Source of the DNA: Penicillus capitatus
Lineage: Eukaryota; Plantae; Chlorophyta
DNA length: 64,000 bases
Reading direction: 5' to 3'
Assembly: GCA_965649825.1 (NCBI GenBank)
Contig: OZ287705.1
Coordinates: 830,314 to 894,313, forward strand
The notes beneath the pieces were generated by a model. It ran no database searches. It had not been told where the DNA came from and worked only from the letters and a program-made list of their open reading frames with translations. Positions 31,978 to 45,236 of the stretch are shown here, one piece after another. Every line of letters starts with the position of its first letter. Positions within the stretch are counted from its first letter, which is position 1. The translations under genes were made by a program, and so were the position numbers.

Positions 31978-32484
31978 CCAATGATCTGGGACTGGATCTG
32001 AGTTCCTTCGACATCATCTATTGTGAGAATGAGAAGCAGGGAGCGTATCAGGAATACTCAAATCGGGAGACCTCGATGTAAGCAACATATGACTTGTGTG
32101 TAAAAATGAGGAAAACTGTGTAACGTACTGCACTCGACTTTGTGCACGGAGTCTGATACGACGTACGATACAATGAATCATAACGTGCTGACTGACCCAC
32201 AACAAACCACGCTTCGGTCAGTGCACCTTAGAGCCTGTCTCTGCCAACCTAAGTGTTCCAATGTGCTACTCATTGTCTTCGAAACAGACGAAATGGATCA
32301 GTCTTCTTTGTGTGGCGATTTCTAGTTCTCTCCTAACATCGTTTGGTCATTGACTAGGTGAGAAGTGCATGTTTTCTGTTGTTTTGGTCTATCGAATACG
32401 TCTTCGATAGAGATAGATAGATGTGTGCCTGAGACAGGCGTTGGATAACCATCCATCCTCACATTATTCACTTGATTGATGCAG

Positions 32485-33671
32485 CATTACGAAATAAATG
32501 CGCATACGTTGAGTGAATATCTGTCGCATCTCAGAATGGAAAAGCAACCGGAGGAGCAGCGCGCTCTGATCGAAGAGATGCGTTTGGCGCACGTTGCAGA
32601 GATATCACAACTCAAACAATCCCAGTAATTTTAACCGATTTCTTTGGAATCTATGTGCACTTAAACGATGTCTGCCAAAGCGACAATGAAAGAACGAAAC
32701 TCTTCAAGACGATTGCCCGACTCAAAGCGTACGGAGATGGTAAACAGAACATCTCCGAGCTGCGAGACGCGCTCGAGAAAGAGAGAAGAAAAAACGAAGC
32801 GCTCGAAGCCAGAGTGGCAAATTACGAAAAGAGATTTGATGCGATTCACGACCTGTGTAGTAAAAACATGCGCGCCGAAGTGCCATCAGATGTGTACAAA
32901 GCAGAAGACGACTCAGATTCAGAGGAACCTTCTGACGCACACAGCGAAGCGAAAGGCAAGGACTGCCGCCTCAGTTGTCTCGCTGTGGTTAATCTTCCTG
33001 CGGCTGAACGATCTTGTAGAGAATGCACATGAAGACAAGGACACTGAGGTCGAGAGAGAATTGCCATTTAGCTTTACCCAGAACAAACTGGCGACTCCGA
33101 TGAAAAATGTCAGTGAAGAAAGAAAGACCATCGAATCTGATGCGGATGCCGAGCCCTGTGAACCGGGATTAAATTCGGAAGAGTTCATGCAGTTTCTCAA
33201 ACGAAGACGAGAGGAACGTCGAGAGGTAAAAAGCAGAACGATCCATGTCTCTTGGTGTCCTTATACACCTACTCATGCGTGCTTTCAGGAATGTATGAAT
33301 CCGCCAGACTACAAGTATGTGGACGTGGTTCGTCACAAAAAAATTAGAGCGCAGATGGATCCATACGAGTGTCCTGACTGTAAAGCATTCTACGAGTCCT
33401 TTGATGGCAAAAAACCGATGCTACCATGCCATCACCAATGCAAGACACCTGACAGTGTGTGCATATTCTCCCTCTGGACATGGACATGTGTGATCTGTGC
33501 TGATTAGAACTGGGAGATCGTCTACGGAAAATGGGCGGTAGACACAGAGCAAGATACAAGCCTCCTCGGACACCTCCTGGATTCTGGGATCTTGACTTTC
33601 CAGACTCAATCGAGAGAAAGAAGAAGGCTGCTGCAGAGGCTAAGAACAACAAAAAAGAAAGTGCCGGCTGA
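32485..33671 (+). CDS. COM1: SAE2/COM1/CtIP DNA end-resection protein (first exon upstream and uncertain)
   Basis: N-terminal coiled coil; YKYVDVVRHKKIRAQMDPYECPDCKAFY...GRHRARYKPPRTPPGFWDLDF. Confidence 0.9.
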
Positions 33672-33785
33672 GTCGTTCGCACGAACGTCAAAAACAATAT
33701 ACGATCATGTCGATGGAGAGAATGAACTCGAATGAAAGCTTTGACACATTGTACAGAATGTCAACAATGTGTGCTGTCTGCTGTT

Positions 33786-36700
33786 TCAACTGGGCAGCGA
33801 TCTTGTAATGAGATTTGGCTTGATGAACACAGCTGCCATTGCCATAGCTGTAAACGGCACCACAATCATCCACTAAGGACAAACACATGCAGCTGTAAGC
33901 AGGCACCGATATAGATCTTGAATGATGTACTTTGACGAATTTATACCAGTGCATGTGAAAGGACAGAGGGAATTCGTCTCGATACTCGAGCCTGTAAGCA
34001 TCCACCATTGTGAGCTGAATGAGTGCCGTTGTTCTCGTTCGAGGGCATGGTAACAGAAGTTCATATGTTCCTGGCTGAGAGTATGTGTCCACCACACCAA
34101 TGACAGGCGAAGCGCCCATGTTCATTTCACTGATGCCCACGTTCTGGATGAGACAATCACACTAAAGGAGTTACCAGATAGAGGATAGATAGATCGAACT
34201 TTCAGGACAGCCGTAACATTGTATGGGCCCTGTCCTTTTCCGTCCAGCACTTTTCGATTGTCAACAATGGAAAAGCGAACGGGGAACTTGTCCCCTCGAA
34301 TATCCCTGTTGACTCGACTGTCCTTGGATGCAAAAATGCCAACATGTCTGTCTCGTGCAACAAGGGGCTCTGTTCCTCTGATCTGAGCATAAAAATGTGC
34401 TTGCTTAAGAAAGCCGTGAAGGTCGTGGATGTATTACTTCTGCTGTCCATGTTCGAAGAGGGTGATAAGATCCCCCTGTTTCGAAGAGATAGACATTGCC
34501 ATTCATGGTTGTCACTATGAGATCCAGATAGCCATCATCGGTCACATCATCCACTAAGACCATCGAGTAAGAATCCTCTCCTGTACAATCTCTATGACGA
34601 ACAATGCAAAGCATCTAGCCGGAAGCGCACCGACGTCTCTTGCTTCGAGACATGCCGTTTCTCCGTCGATCACGTAGAGATATCCATCGAATGCCATAAA
34701 TACAAGCTGCTGTCCCGGGCTCTCTCGCAATCGAGTGATGGTGATGGGAGAGTGAATGCTTCCATGAACCCTACCATCATTTTTACTTAGTGAGCTGCCA
34801 TTCCGTGAACATGTAGAGAAGAGACCTGAAGGGAAAAGGAGAACGGTCATGACCAGTTTTGGCATCTACAACATAGACATGGCCAGAACTTGTTCCAAAC
34901 ACAACATCGAGTTCTCCATTTCCAGTAACGTCTCCTAGTGCGATCAACAAGCTAGTCTGTCTTCAGGGTCACCATGAATTCTCCTTGCCTGCGGTCAGCG
35001 CACCGTAAATGGCACTCTGGAAGTGTCTTTCCCACAGTTCGTTTCCATCGATGTCGAACATTGCCACATTCCCCAGAAGATCAGCTGATGGCATTGCATG
35101 GTTGTCAGTATAATAAAAAGACTAGGTGCTTGATATCACCTGCCAGAATTTCAATCTTGCCATCATCGTTTAGGTCAGCCACCAGTGGTCGAGACATAAT
35201 GTAACCCATCTGTTTAGGCCAACCCTCTCTTGCATCCCCCTTACTGTCCAAGACATAAAGAAATCCGGCATTGTTTCCCACAACGATCTCCAAATGGCCA
35301 TCTTGATCAATGTCTACTACAGCAGGTGGTGCAATCATGTATGCTGCATAGCGCACGGTTTTCGTTGTCATATCCAAATGCGTCGACCACTTGATATAAC
35401 GATGCGCCAAATCGAAGACAACGATGCCACCTGAACATGAAAGAAAGCTGAGTGTATGCGCATGGCAGAGAGCAAGGAGGAGAAGGATATATGCCTGCAA
35501 GGTATTTGTCGATCTCGACGTTCTTCGGAAGTAGATTATGGTCACTTCTGGAATAGAAGTCTTCATCAAAGAAATAAGAAACAGCCACGATGAGTTCCTC
35601 TGATCCATCTCCATCGATGTCTGCGACGACAGGAGTGGAAAAGACGTGTCCATCCAGAAAAACGAATTCGTCATCTTCATGCTCATGATAAACTGTCCTA
35701 AAGAGCGTGACACTCACCCCTTATCTCTATACAATCCTCTGTTGCCGAGTGTTTACGTGAACTCCTCGTGATCCCATCCATCATCACCGACATAGTCATG
35801 GTAAAGATCGTGGTAGACTTCGTCTTCAAAATCCTGTTCATCGTAAATGCCGCCACGTCGTCTTGAGCCTGTCCTTATGTTTGCATGTGCATTCATGTAG
35901 AAATCCGCATCTTCTTGATCATCCTCATTGCCACCATCGTCAGTCTCATCAAACACTTTGAAGGAGTCTGCAGCTGCATCTGTCAAGGTATTTCCATCTC
36001 CCTCAACTGTCATCTCCTCCATCAAGCGCCTTCGGTTGATGGTGACGTCCTCATCTTTCTTATCTTCATCTTCAACACCATTATTCTGTCCATAAACAAG
36101 CCGTCTCTGTTAAAGCTGATAAACTGTTTGGTTTGGGGTTTGCCTTGTTGTCGCCCACATCCATATGCGAATGATCAACTGGGTCAGGATTGAGCCCGAC
36201 ATACCAATTCTTCTTGACTCGCAACGGAGGGATCGACATAAAATGCCTGAGTTTTTCTCCCTAAAAGCGAAATCACTGATCAGTTGTCCATGTCCTCACC
36301 CTGATGAATGATGTCCTACTGTGTCCTTATAGAACTGTATCTCTCCATTGTATGTTGCAATTCCAACATCTGACACTCCATCACGATCGACATCAAACAG
36401 GAAAGGAGATCCATGCAGATGCGATTTGTGGAAGACGGGCCAACCCACTGCCGAAGCGCCATCCTCTGCCTCAAGGACTTCGAAGTAATGGACGTGTGAT
36501 GGAACAAGGATCTCTTTCTTGTTATCGCTGAAGAAATCCGTGATGATGGGCGTCGCATAGACAGATGAAGAGACTTGGGTCATCCACCTTAAGAGCATTC
36601 ACTTATTCACTGAATGTCCTGTGCATTTTGGGAACAGTTCAGATGAAATACCTCAGATATAAATCAAAGAAGCAGTGTTTCATCGAACTGATGATCTCTT

Positions 36701-36930
36701 CATCCTCTTCGCTGAAAGACATGTAGAGTGCTTCAAGATTTCTGCCTCTGCTTGCATCGAATAGACCGTGTGCGTTCTCGATCGAGTTCTGGTCTTCTTT
36801 GGAGGTATTTGTTGTTCTCAACATCCACAGCGCTGTCGTGGGCGATAGGTTTCGATAGCTGAGCGCCGATTCGTGTGCATTGTAACAACAGCAGGAGGCA
36901 CCAAATCACGCAGAGATGTCCCGCTCGCAT
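33786..36930 (-). CDS. DEX1: DEX1-like FG-GAP repeat membrane protein
   Basis: Signal peptide; [27 protein letters not shown] and [15 protein letters not shown] repeats; C-terminal transmembrane segment [16 protein letters not shown]. Confidence 0.88.
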
Positions 36931-36985
36931 TCTTAATGTGAACAAACAAACACGCGCATTCCATCCTCGCTACGTCTTCTTCAAC

Positions 36986-38869
36986 ATGGTCGTCCTCGCG
37001 GCATCGGTCATCACAAAAACAGGGAAACGTAAAGACCTGCCGTCATCCGATGGCCTTCTAAGACTGCGTGGATATTGTTTAGCCTTGGTTTCGCGCCAGT
37101 TCGTGGAAATGCCTCGTGTTCGTGTTGAAGGACTTCTGGCGGCTTTCCCGAAACTGGTCGGTACTGGGAAGCAGCACACCTTTGTGGAGACTGGGAACAT
37201 TCGTTATGTGTTCCAATCGATAGAGGTGGGTGGTTGATTCTCTATCTATGCTTTTCCAGCAATGACAGAGAATTCTGCCAAAAGGGTTTGTATTTGTTGC
37301 TGCTCACTAACAAGAACAGTAACATCGTGGAGGATTTGGAAACATTGCGTCTCCTCTCCAAAGTGATTCCTGAATATGCCAGTCCTGTCGATGAAGAGCG
37401 AGTAGCGAAAAGTGCGTTTGAAATGATCTTTGCTTTTGATGAAGTGATCTCGATGGGACACAAGGAGAACATCAGTTTCGCACAAGTGCGTCAGCATTCG
37501 ATCCTTTTTGATGGGTGATTTGAAGAGGGAGTGAATGCTCTGCGTTTTTAGATTAAGCAGAACATTGAGATGGAATCGATGGAGGAGAAATTGCACAACA
37601 TGATTCGTCAAAGCAAGATCGATGAAACAAAGGACCACATGAGGAAAGTGGCTCGAAAACTGGATCAGGAGAAGCTGGAAAAAGCAAAAGCTGAACGAAC
37701 GGGTGCCGGTGTCTCTTCGTACTCAGTGCAGTCCTATCACGACACCGTGGGCATCGGCAGTGGAGATTTCGATACTAAGCCATCATTGAAGATGTCCATG
37801 TCGGAGAAACCAACAGGCGGAAGCACATCGCAGAAGAAGGGATTGAAGTTAGGGAAAGGACGCAAGAACAAGGATATTCTGGAATCGTTGCGAGCAGAAG
37901 GCGAGACAGTGGAGACAGATGTGCAGATTTCGAAAGTCGGTGCAAGCAGTTCAGCAAGACCATCCCGTCCACCTTCAGAACAGGCATGTCATTCGAGCCA
38001 TGAATCCAGCCTCGAGTGAACAGAGAGTTCTTCGTTCAGGTGTCGATCGCTATCGATGAAAAAATCGTGGCACATTTGAATCGCGATGGTGGTGTCGAGC
38101 AGTTTGAGTTGAATGGTGTGATGACACTAGAGGTGTGTCTTAATTGGATGCGACTAGACAACGTGTCGCTGACGGGTGAATATGTTTCTCCTTAGATCAA
38201 TTCAGAGAATGCTGCTCGTTTGTGTGCCACGCTATCCATGGGACAGAACAAAGGATTCAATTTCAAGACACATCCCAACATCGACAAGAATCTCTATCTA
38301 TCAGACAGCAAGCTTGGACTCAAAGATCCCAATCGCCCTTTTCCGGTTGGCACGTCCTTAGCCGTGCTCAAATGGAAGTGGTCGACCCGGTGAGATGAGT
38401 TTTCTCTTTTCCACTCCATCAGCACATCGTTTTCTGTCTTAGCGAAGAATCCAAACTGCCGTTGACACTGAATTGCTGGCCATCCCCTTCTGGGAGTGAA
38501 ACATATGTGAATATGGATTACGAAGCTTCTGATAAATACGAACTAAGAAATGTCTGCATCTCGATTCCTCTGCCGGGAGGGAAGGCCCCTTCTGTCAACG
38601 AGGTCGACGGTGACTGGCAGTACAATGCACGACAGAATGCCCTGGAATGGATTATTGATCTGATCGACAGTAGTAACGCCACAGGGGCATTAGAATTCGT
38701 GGTGCCGGCAGCCGATCCAGATGATTTCTTCCCCGTTGATGTGTCTTTCAATGTTGCCTCTCTGATTTGTGAAGTGGATGTTGAGTCCATCATCGACACA
38801 GAGGCTGGAAGTGAATTGAAATGGTCGTGCACGAAGAGCTTAAAAACAGGAGATTACCAAATCGTGTAG
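36986..38869 (+). CDS. ARCN1: Coatomer subunit delta
   Basis: [14 protein letters not shown]|[34 protein letters not shown] and mu-homology C-terminus ...GDYQIV*. Confidence 0.96.
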
Positions 38870-38888
38870 ATCACTCAGTGTCACTTCC

Positions 38889-38893
38889 TGTAA
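38889..38893 (+). terminator. Putative chlorophyte polyadenylation signal TGTAA for delta-COP
   Basis: TGTAA lies 19 nt after the delta-COP stop. The same motif occurs about 28 nt after the VPS35 stop and overlaps the FtsHi stop (TTGTAA). Confidence 0.4.
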
Positions 38894-38904
38894 CTTCGGC
38901 GACG

Positions 38905-41661
38905 ATGTTACGACTCTCTCAAATTGTGCGTCGCCAAGGCGTCGCGAGTTTCCCTCTGTTGAAGTGTTCGATCCGTGGACGAGAAAACATCGTCGAAAAT
39001 CGGGAGGAACGGAGATGGGTGACGCGTGCGACGGTGGAGTCCTTGCTGCGAGATTATAAAGTCGTGAATCAGGAAGGCGTCTGTCGTTGCCTTTTTCTAA
39101 CAATCTTGCATTGTGATCAGGGTGGCAAGGTGGATTCTCCATCGTCCCAGGCGCAGCGAGAGATCGAGATACTCCTTTCACAAGCAGAAGTGAAGTCGAA
39201 ACAGGATCTGATCGAGTTCTTTGACAGAACACGGAAACTGCTGGCCACTCATGAAACTCTTTTACAGAAACACCATCTGATGCCATTGCTGGATCGCGTT
39301 GGGAGATTTGGTGATGCACTTAGAGCGCCACGGACAAGGGTTGGTGCTCTCTGTCTATTGCACTCACTGGTCGCGATGCGAACGTCTGCAGAACTGGTGC
39401 CTTCCGTTTTGGACATTGTTAGCTATTCGTGTTGGGCACGTTTACAAGTCATGCAGTTTTCCCGAGATATCCAAGATCATGTCTACCTTTCTCCTGTCGC
39501 AGCCAGACGATAGTCGGCTTGTGAAGAGAAGGAAGGATGCCAGTCAGAGACCATTGAGTTCTAGTGCTTACAAATCGGCGATGAAAACAATGTGTGAGCA
39601 GCTGATGAAGGCCATAGATATGCGACTGCGACAGGTGGAAGGAAAAGAGCATTTTGAATTGAAACCAGAGGAACTGCAACACATTCTCTCTATCCTTGCG
39701 ACCTCCTCTAAGTTGGACGGCTGTGTCATCTACCCGCCCTTGTTGCGGCGACTGGTGACGCGGCTGAAGTCGAATCCAGACGTCTGGACGGAACAAGACA
39801 TGGTATGTATTGTCTGCTGTTCTGTTGAGTGGAGTGTTTGAGACTCAAGTGCTGTGTGTTTTGACAGATTCATGCCTTAGATGCCTTATCTGCATTGGAA
39901 TACGAAGATAGCAGAACTAACTTCTGCAGATTTGTCTTAAATCTCCTAGCTAAGAAGCAGAGGGTCGACCAGCATCAGCTTTGTGCAATCGTGAAGAGAC
40001 TGCCGGGGATAAAGCCAAGAAATCTGTCCAATGCGCGAATGAACACCACACTCTTCAAGTCTTTGCTGCGTAGGCATGCATTAAATAATACTATTGCCGT
40101 ACAGATGCTGTTTCCTGCAGTTCCGAAGGAGCTGTCCATGACTGAATTGACAGATCTTGTGGATGCTCTGACGAAACTCGATGCAAATGTCATCGGCATG
40201 TCAATGAAAGACATACTGGACGAATTTTTCAAGAGATGTACTGAAGCCACTCCACAACAAGTTGAGTTGTTTGCCTAACCGTCTACTGGACGGATCGATC
40301 TTTGTTTCAGTTAGGATCCTTTACCTACAACCTGTCAATACTCTCGACCACTGACTGGAATGTGGTTCAGTGGACAGTGCCAGAGTATTGTGCGGAGGCA
40401 TCTATTGAACTCAGTATCCGTGTGACAAGTTTTACAGCGCATGATCTGGCAAAGATGATCAGTGGATTCATGATGTTGCATTTTCATCCAGGCAAATCAT
40501 GTTTGCAGCGTGTGATTGATCATGCAATCGACATTCTTCTGGGAGAAGGTATCTTGCAGGAACAATCAGAGGCGTACTTCTTGACGGTTGAGCAGTGGTT
40601 GAAAATTCGAGACTTTAAAGCTCATGCGGAACTGGACGATATACATGATCCGCAACGCTATCGCAACCGAAGAAAAGTGAAGGGCCTTAAGCGGATCATA
40701 ACGGGATCGGCCGATCGAGAACATCCAGACCATCAGAAGCAGATCTTCGACAACTTTACAGGAGCGGAGTTGGCCGCATTCATGTTCAGTTTGGCACAGT
40801 TGAATGTTCCAAAGCAGACAGAGAAGCTCTTTGATTACACCAAAGAAGAAGTCATGAGAGATGCTGTACAACTCAATGTGCGCCAGAGCCGTTGTTGCAT
40901 CATTTGCCTGAAATCTCACTTCTGCAGGAATTTGAGCTTTCCCATTTCTTGTGGGCAACAGCAATCAATGGACAATTAGATCGGAGACTCTTTCTGTTTG
41001 CGCTGGAAAGAATAGAAGGCGCCAATAAAAGCCGCAGCAACCCAATCATTATGGTAGAAGTCCGCCCAACTCATTCCTTTCTACGTGAAGGATCCCTTCG
41101 CATGCACAGGATCGCATTGCTCAGTGTCTTGTGTCGTTGCGTGTGCTGGGATCAAAATCGGACACTGTGACCATAGAACCCGACTCGTACCTCAAAGAAT
41201 GCTACGAATCCTGGTTGGAGGTCGAGTCCAGAGTGGAGGATTCAACGCCGATGATCATCAAAGAAGCATCGGAGTTTCTGAAGGAATTGCAATTGGACTG
41301 CAAACTGCGATCTCCGCTCTCCAATGGACTATTTGTAGCGGACACTGTCATTGGAAATGAACAGCAGAACTTTGCATTGGAGGTGAAACCCAAACCATTC
41401 GACAACGGGGAGAGACGCATCCTTGGCGATAAGAGATGGAGATTCAGGATGCTGGATGGTGCGCACACTCAGACATCCACCCGTCTGTCTCCATGACAAT
41501 GGTGTTGTTCTCTGTTCTTTGTAGCCCTCGGATGGACAGTGCTATACATCAATCAAGATGAGTGGAATGGCTTAGACGGCTTCGCTAAGCTGAACTACAT
41601 GCGATCACTCACAGGCAAAGTCGATGCACACGTGCTGAAAGCGAAGAGACAACGACAGTGA
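38905..41661 (+). CDS. Organellar helical-repeat RNA-binding protein with a C-terminal RAP domain
   Basis: Targeting-like N-terminus and helical repeats; C-terminal FVADTV...FALEV...KRWRFRMLDALGWTVLYINQDEW. Confidence 0.8.
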
Positions 41662-41941
41662 CGTGGATTTGTTGCCGTTGGTTATCGTGGATCGATCGTC
41701 CATGTCTGCGAGGCATTTCTATTCTTCGTTGCCCCGGTCTGCTGAGAACTCTTCGTTTTCGCTGCAGGGGTTCTTCGAATGGTTCACGCGACGCATCGCG
41801 AAGTCGTAAGTTTCGAGTGCACCGTTACGTGTGTCGTCTCTTTGCGCGCCGCTGCTGCCGCTGCAGCTGCTGCTGAGTTTTTTGGGCGTTGGTTCTGCCG
41901 CAGCTGCTGCGTCTTCGTCAGACAGCTCTTCTATTTGGACA

Positions 41942-42887
41942 ATGCCCCGCGTCACGAACTCTTCTCACGTTTCGATGCCGTCCCCTCACTCTAAACGCTG
42001 CTATTGCAGTGAGCAAAGGAAGAAGTCGCATATTCCGAGAAAGAAGCCGTTCCCTTGAGCATAGACACAGAGGACGCTCGAGAAGTCGTTCTCTGGATAG
42101 ACAGCGCAAACACAGAAGTCCGCACAGGTTCGATGCTGTGTATATATGCAAATTCGATCATCCTTCCAGTGTCTGTCATTCCTTACACTGTCGCTGTTAG
42201 GAGTTCTAGAAATCGTCAGCGATCTCTGACGCCGTGGAGAAGAAAACTGGATGCATTGAGAGATGATGGACTGTTGCGCATGTCAGACATCGACGACGAC
42301 ACCATGCGTGCCATAGAAGGTTCTGTCCGCATCGTTGCGTGCTTACCTTGCTTGATCTTGATGATGGTGACAGATTTGGAAGATGAATTAGCTGATACTG
42401 TGTTGGCGCGTTTTGCAGAGGTCAATTTTTCACGTGTAACGAATCTAAGTGGATTCTTAATGGGCATTGTGCGTCGAGTCCAGCAAGATGGACCTGGACA
42501 TGGTGCTCGGAATATGGATGACCTTCAGCCATCCATTCGTCGTCGACTCCTTGACCTTGTCGATGCTGTAGGAATTCTCTTCGCCCTTCATATGTAATAT
42601 TCATCGTTTCCTGTCCCGAAGGGTCGTCTCCATTATTCAGACATTGATCCAAGAATGACAAGGTCGTTACAATCACTGCCTTCCAATCTGGCAATGGAAG
42701 TGCTCGACAAGTTCTCCTACGCAGACCTGGACAATGTTCGAAGCAAAACGGGATTCATGCTTGGCATTGTTAAGCGTCTCCAGGTAAGAGCCAGAGAAGA
42801 TCCTCTCAGCACTGCCAGACCACCTTCATTATTTAGGGAAATGACGAACGATATTACCGGGGAGACAGACGTGATCGGTATAGATGA
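41942..42887 (+). CDS. RS-rich protein with two hnRNP Q/R acidic (NURR-like) domains
   Basis: RSRSRS N-terminus; two repeats of L...G.L..SDID...L.....VL..F......V.N/S..GF..GI; RD/RY tail. The start codon is uncertain. Confidence 0.75.
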
Positions 42888-42981
42888 TGACTCTGGTGGT
42901 CGTCTAGTGACAGAACGCCTTCGTGGATACGAACAGTGATGTGTGTTAAAATGCCGTGCAACGATGTGACTCAATCCGTAT

Positions 42982-44053
42982 TCAGTAGACTGGCCCATCG
43001 TCATCCCCGCCATCTTCGAAATCATCATACCCTTCGTCATCATCAAAATACTCTCCCTGAACCACAAACGAAGAATGAGAGAGATGCTACGGATCATGCA
43101 CGTCTTCCTGTCATGACCTGCTCGTAGTCGTTCTCCGAGTATTCATCCTCTCCTTCTTCCTGTGCCAAATCGTTGGCATCATTGTCGCTGTCCTCTGGTG
43201 ACACAAGTCCGCAGCACAGAAGAAGACTAGGAGTATATCAGTCACCTTTGCGCTCCTCATCTGTTTTCTTTGCCAACTCATCGAACTTGTCCATCTCTAA
43301 GACGTTTCGTGATGATCTCCTCAATAGAATCTGAGCGATTCTCTACCTTTGTCTGTTTTCATCTGATTCACCCAAAAGATTTCCAGCGCCTCGGATGATT
43401 CTGCAAATCTGTAACTCGCCCTACTCGCCACACAAAAATCGAATCCCCAAGGTGACGATTTGATCTCTGTCTGCGATTGGATGCATGAATGGATATCACA
43501 CCTCTTGTCTTTCTTCGAACTCAGTTCGTCAGGGAAGTAGTGAGATGACAGCGTCAGTACAGCTGTTAATGGAGGCCGCTTTGCTTCCTTTGGGCCCTCA
43601 TCTGTGTATCTCTTAACAGCAAACGGATCTGCCTTTGGCATCTAGTCAAAGCCATCTGTGACGTCGGCATCGAGGAAACAGGCTATCTTACTCGTTGCAT
43701 TTCTTCCGTTTCAACAAAGAATGGCCCTGATCGATAAGCATGACGAAATTTATGCCATTTATCCTGTGGCAATCGTGCTCATGGAATGCTCGAGCAGAAT
43801 GAAAGCTGTACCCACCAACAATCTCAGGCTGACACTATCTATTTCGGGGAGGGGTGGCATTTGTTTGGTTTCCTGCATAATGGTCTAATACCATAACGGA
43901 TAGAGGAAAAGCAGAGATCACCGGAAATGCTAGAGGAGGACCAGTGACCAGATCTGCCAGAAGTTTCCCTTCTTCATTGACAGGTGCCGAAGACACCCTC
44001 GACATGCGGCCTCGACCATACCCTTTGATCCTTCCACGGCCTCGTCCATACAT
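42982..44053 (-). CDS. RNA polymerase III subunit RPC7/C31-like
   Basis: MYGRGRGR N-terminus, PPLAFP, VKRYTD, HYFPDEL and an acidic tail ending DDFEDGGDDDGPVY*. Confidence 0.8.
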
Positions 44054-44386
44054 TAAGAAGCAGGACTGGTCTGTAAGAAAGCAGAATGCAGGCAATTTCC
44101 AGCGATGGTTAAAACACGAAAGTGCGTTCTCATTTTGGATTTGATTCCGAGAGGATGACCTGTAGGAATCGTTGAAAATTGCCACTTTTGAATTTGGGAT
44201 GTGTGTTCTTATGTGAAACGCAAGTCGCTTGTGCAACTAATAACAGTCACATCAATACGAGCGTCAGTCGTATCAGATTCTGTGCCACGAGGAGACATAG
44301 ACCATGTTTTGCTCGCTGTCACGAAAGCATTGGTTTTCCGACGCGACGTTCAACCCCCCCGGGTATATAACCCGACGATCTAACAC

Positions 44387-45094
44387 ATGGCGCCTGTTTC
44401 TCATCGGCGCTTTCCAAATGAAGAGCATCTTCGGCGTTCTAGTTCTCCTCTGTCTGCTCAGTGCGTTATTATCCTGTACTTAGATCGGCAAGAGACGCGT
44501 GTGTGGCTCATCATTCTAGGCGAGGGATGGATAAATGCCCAAGAAGCTTCTCGGGCAGATGTTCGAGAGTTACTTGCAACACTCACCGTTGGTGTCACGG
44601 ACGACAGCAAGTGTCGAGACAGCGTGCTCGATATCATATCAGGCAGGCATCTCTGTCGCACCACTCGATCTGCTTCAATGTCAGCGGAGACTGGACGTCT
44701 AGGATGTTTGACGGAGTTGTTTCCACGGTTATCTATGCTCCAGCTTCCGATGCTGTTCAGCAGAGTTAATGGCGATCGTGATGATGAATCGAGCTTGAAT
44801 GTCTTCGTCGACGCTCTGAACAAAATCAAAGACAGAGCAGATTCCTCCTCTTTCGTCGAAAAGTGCTGCCAGTTCGAGTGTGATATCGCGGGAGATGCGT
44901 GTCGCTGCTACCAAGACATGTTTGTCGCATTCAAAGACATCTTGCAGGATGAGACGCTGGGTTTGCTCACGAGATTCCGAGACGTATGTCTGGAGAGCAA
45001 CCCAAATCTGCATTTCAATTTGACGATCTTCGACACCGATAGTTGCAGGCTCGAGAAGATCAAAAAAGAGCAGGATTTCGAATGTCGTCCATGA
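44387..45094 (+). CDS. Hypothetical protein (may start near 44203 with extra exons)
   Basis: 235-aa ORF with globular-looking composition; no family recognised. Confidence 0.5.
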   Translation: MAPVSHRRFPNEEHLRRSSSPLSAQCVIILYLDRQETRVWLIILGEGWINAQEASRADVRELLATLTVGVTDDSKCRDSVLDIISGRHLCRTTRSASMSAETGRLGCLTELFPRLSMLQLPMLFSRVNGDRDDESSLNVFVDALNKIKDRADSSSFVEKCCQFECDIAGDACRCYQDMFVAFKDILQDETLGLLTRFRDVCLESNPNLHFNLTIFDTDSCRLEKIKKEQDFECRP

Positions 45095-45236
45095 AGCAAA
45101 ACAAAGATCGATCGTCTTTTCTGTTTATGGACTGTATGCCTTCGGGTTTCGCCCTTCTCATTGAACTGTCCCCTAGACGTTGTGTAAATGTCATCTCAAT
45201 AACACAGAAACAAGAAATCAAATCCATGTTGCCGTC

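Noticed and set aside
41719-41955. Minus-strand ORF with IEELSDED
   Set aside because: It has no ATG (starts at GTG right after a stop-bounded stretch); the acidic look is explained by the pyrimidine-rich leader of the plus-strand gene.
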